Shown in pieces: positions 7,191 through 7,196 of a stretch of 7,196 nucleotides of DNA (positions are counted from its first letter, which is position 1; each line of letters starts with the position of its first letter). Position numbers and translations under genes: made by a program. The notes beneath the pieces are model-generated. The model did no database searches and was not told the DNA's origin. It saw only the letters and a list, made by a program, of their open reading frames with translations. The DNA is from Takakia lepidozioides. Taxonomy: Eukaryota; Plantae; Bryophyta. The stretch lies in assembly GCA_030704615.1 (NCBI GenBank), contig JAKLZA010000118.1, positions 1 through 7,196 on the forward strand, given 5' to 3'.

Positions 7191-7196
7191 ATCATA

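Larger units (their letters stand above)
1..7196 (+). mobile_element. Ty3/Gypsy LTR retrotransposon, 3' portion; plant non-chromovirus, Athila/Phygy-like, with a 3' accessory ORF
   Basis: Domain order RT-RNaseH-integrase (Gypsy order), then accessory ORF, PPT and TG-initiated LTR. No chromodomain after the integrase and no second archaeal-type RNase H between RH and INT or after INT (argues against chromoviruses and most Tat/Ogre). The linker 'ADHLSRL..GEPAT*IDDQLPDASLF' and integrase 'GGHFG..T.RKIL.AGYWWPTLFKD' resemble Athila-like elements (recognition, no database search). Confidence 0.95.
6761..7196 (+). repeat. 3' LTR (U3 start), probably running past the window end
   Basis: TGTTAG begins 3 nt after the PPT; non-coding and repeat-rich. 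The partner LTR is outside the window, so the right boundary cannot be confirmed. Confidence 0.8.

Overview
The whole window is the 3' ~7 kb of a plant Ty3/Gypsy non-chromovirus (Athila/Phygy-like) LTR retrotransposon on the + strand. Order: C-terminal pol (RT thumb/connection, RNase H, integrase with HHCC, D-D-E and GPY motifs; stop at 2147-2149); a 10-bp-periodic CACAGCC tandem array (2150-2473); a ~700-bp promoter-like spacer; a large sense-strand accessory ORF ('ORF-X', ~3179-6723, ~1,180 aa once indels are repaired by hand); a hairpin and polypurine tract; and the start of the 3' LTR (TGTTAG at 6761), which carries a second CACAGCC array. ORF-X reads as PMD/Transposase_32-like domain, disordered linker, long coiled coil, P/Q/T hinge, unassigned aromatic globular domain and basic tail. 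Many 1-2 bp indels, mostly in homopolymers and often compensating, suggest noisy long-read sequence and/or a decayed copy, so the fragmented ORF track understates the real gene structure. The most interesting signal is an env-position nuclear-type protein together with two differently organised arrays of the same short motif, one upstream of the gene and one in the LTR. This suggests, as a hypothesis, an element-encoded regulator or anti-silencing factor with its own binding-site arrays.
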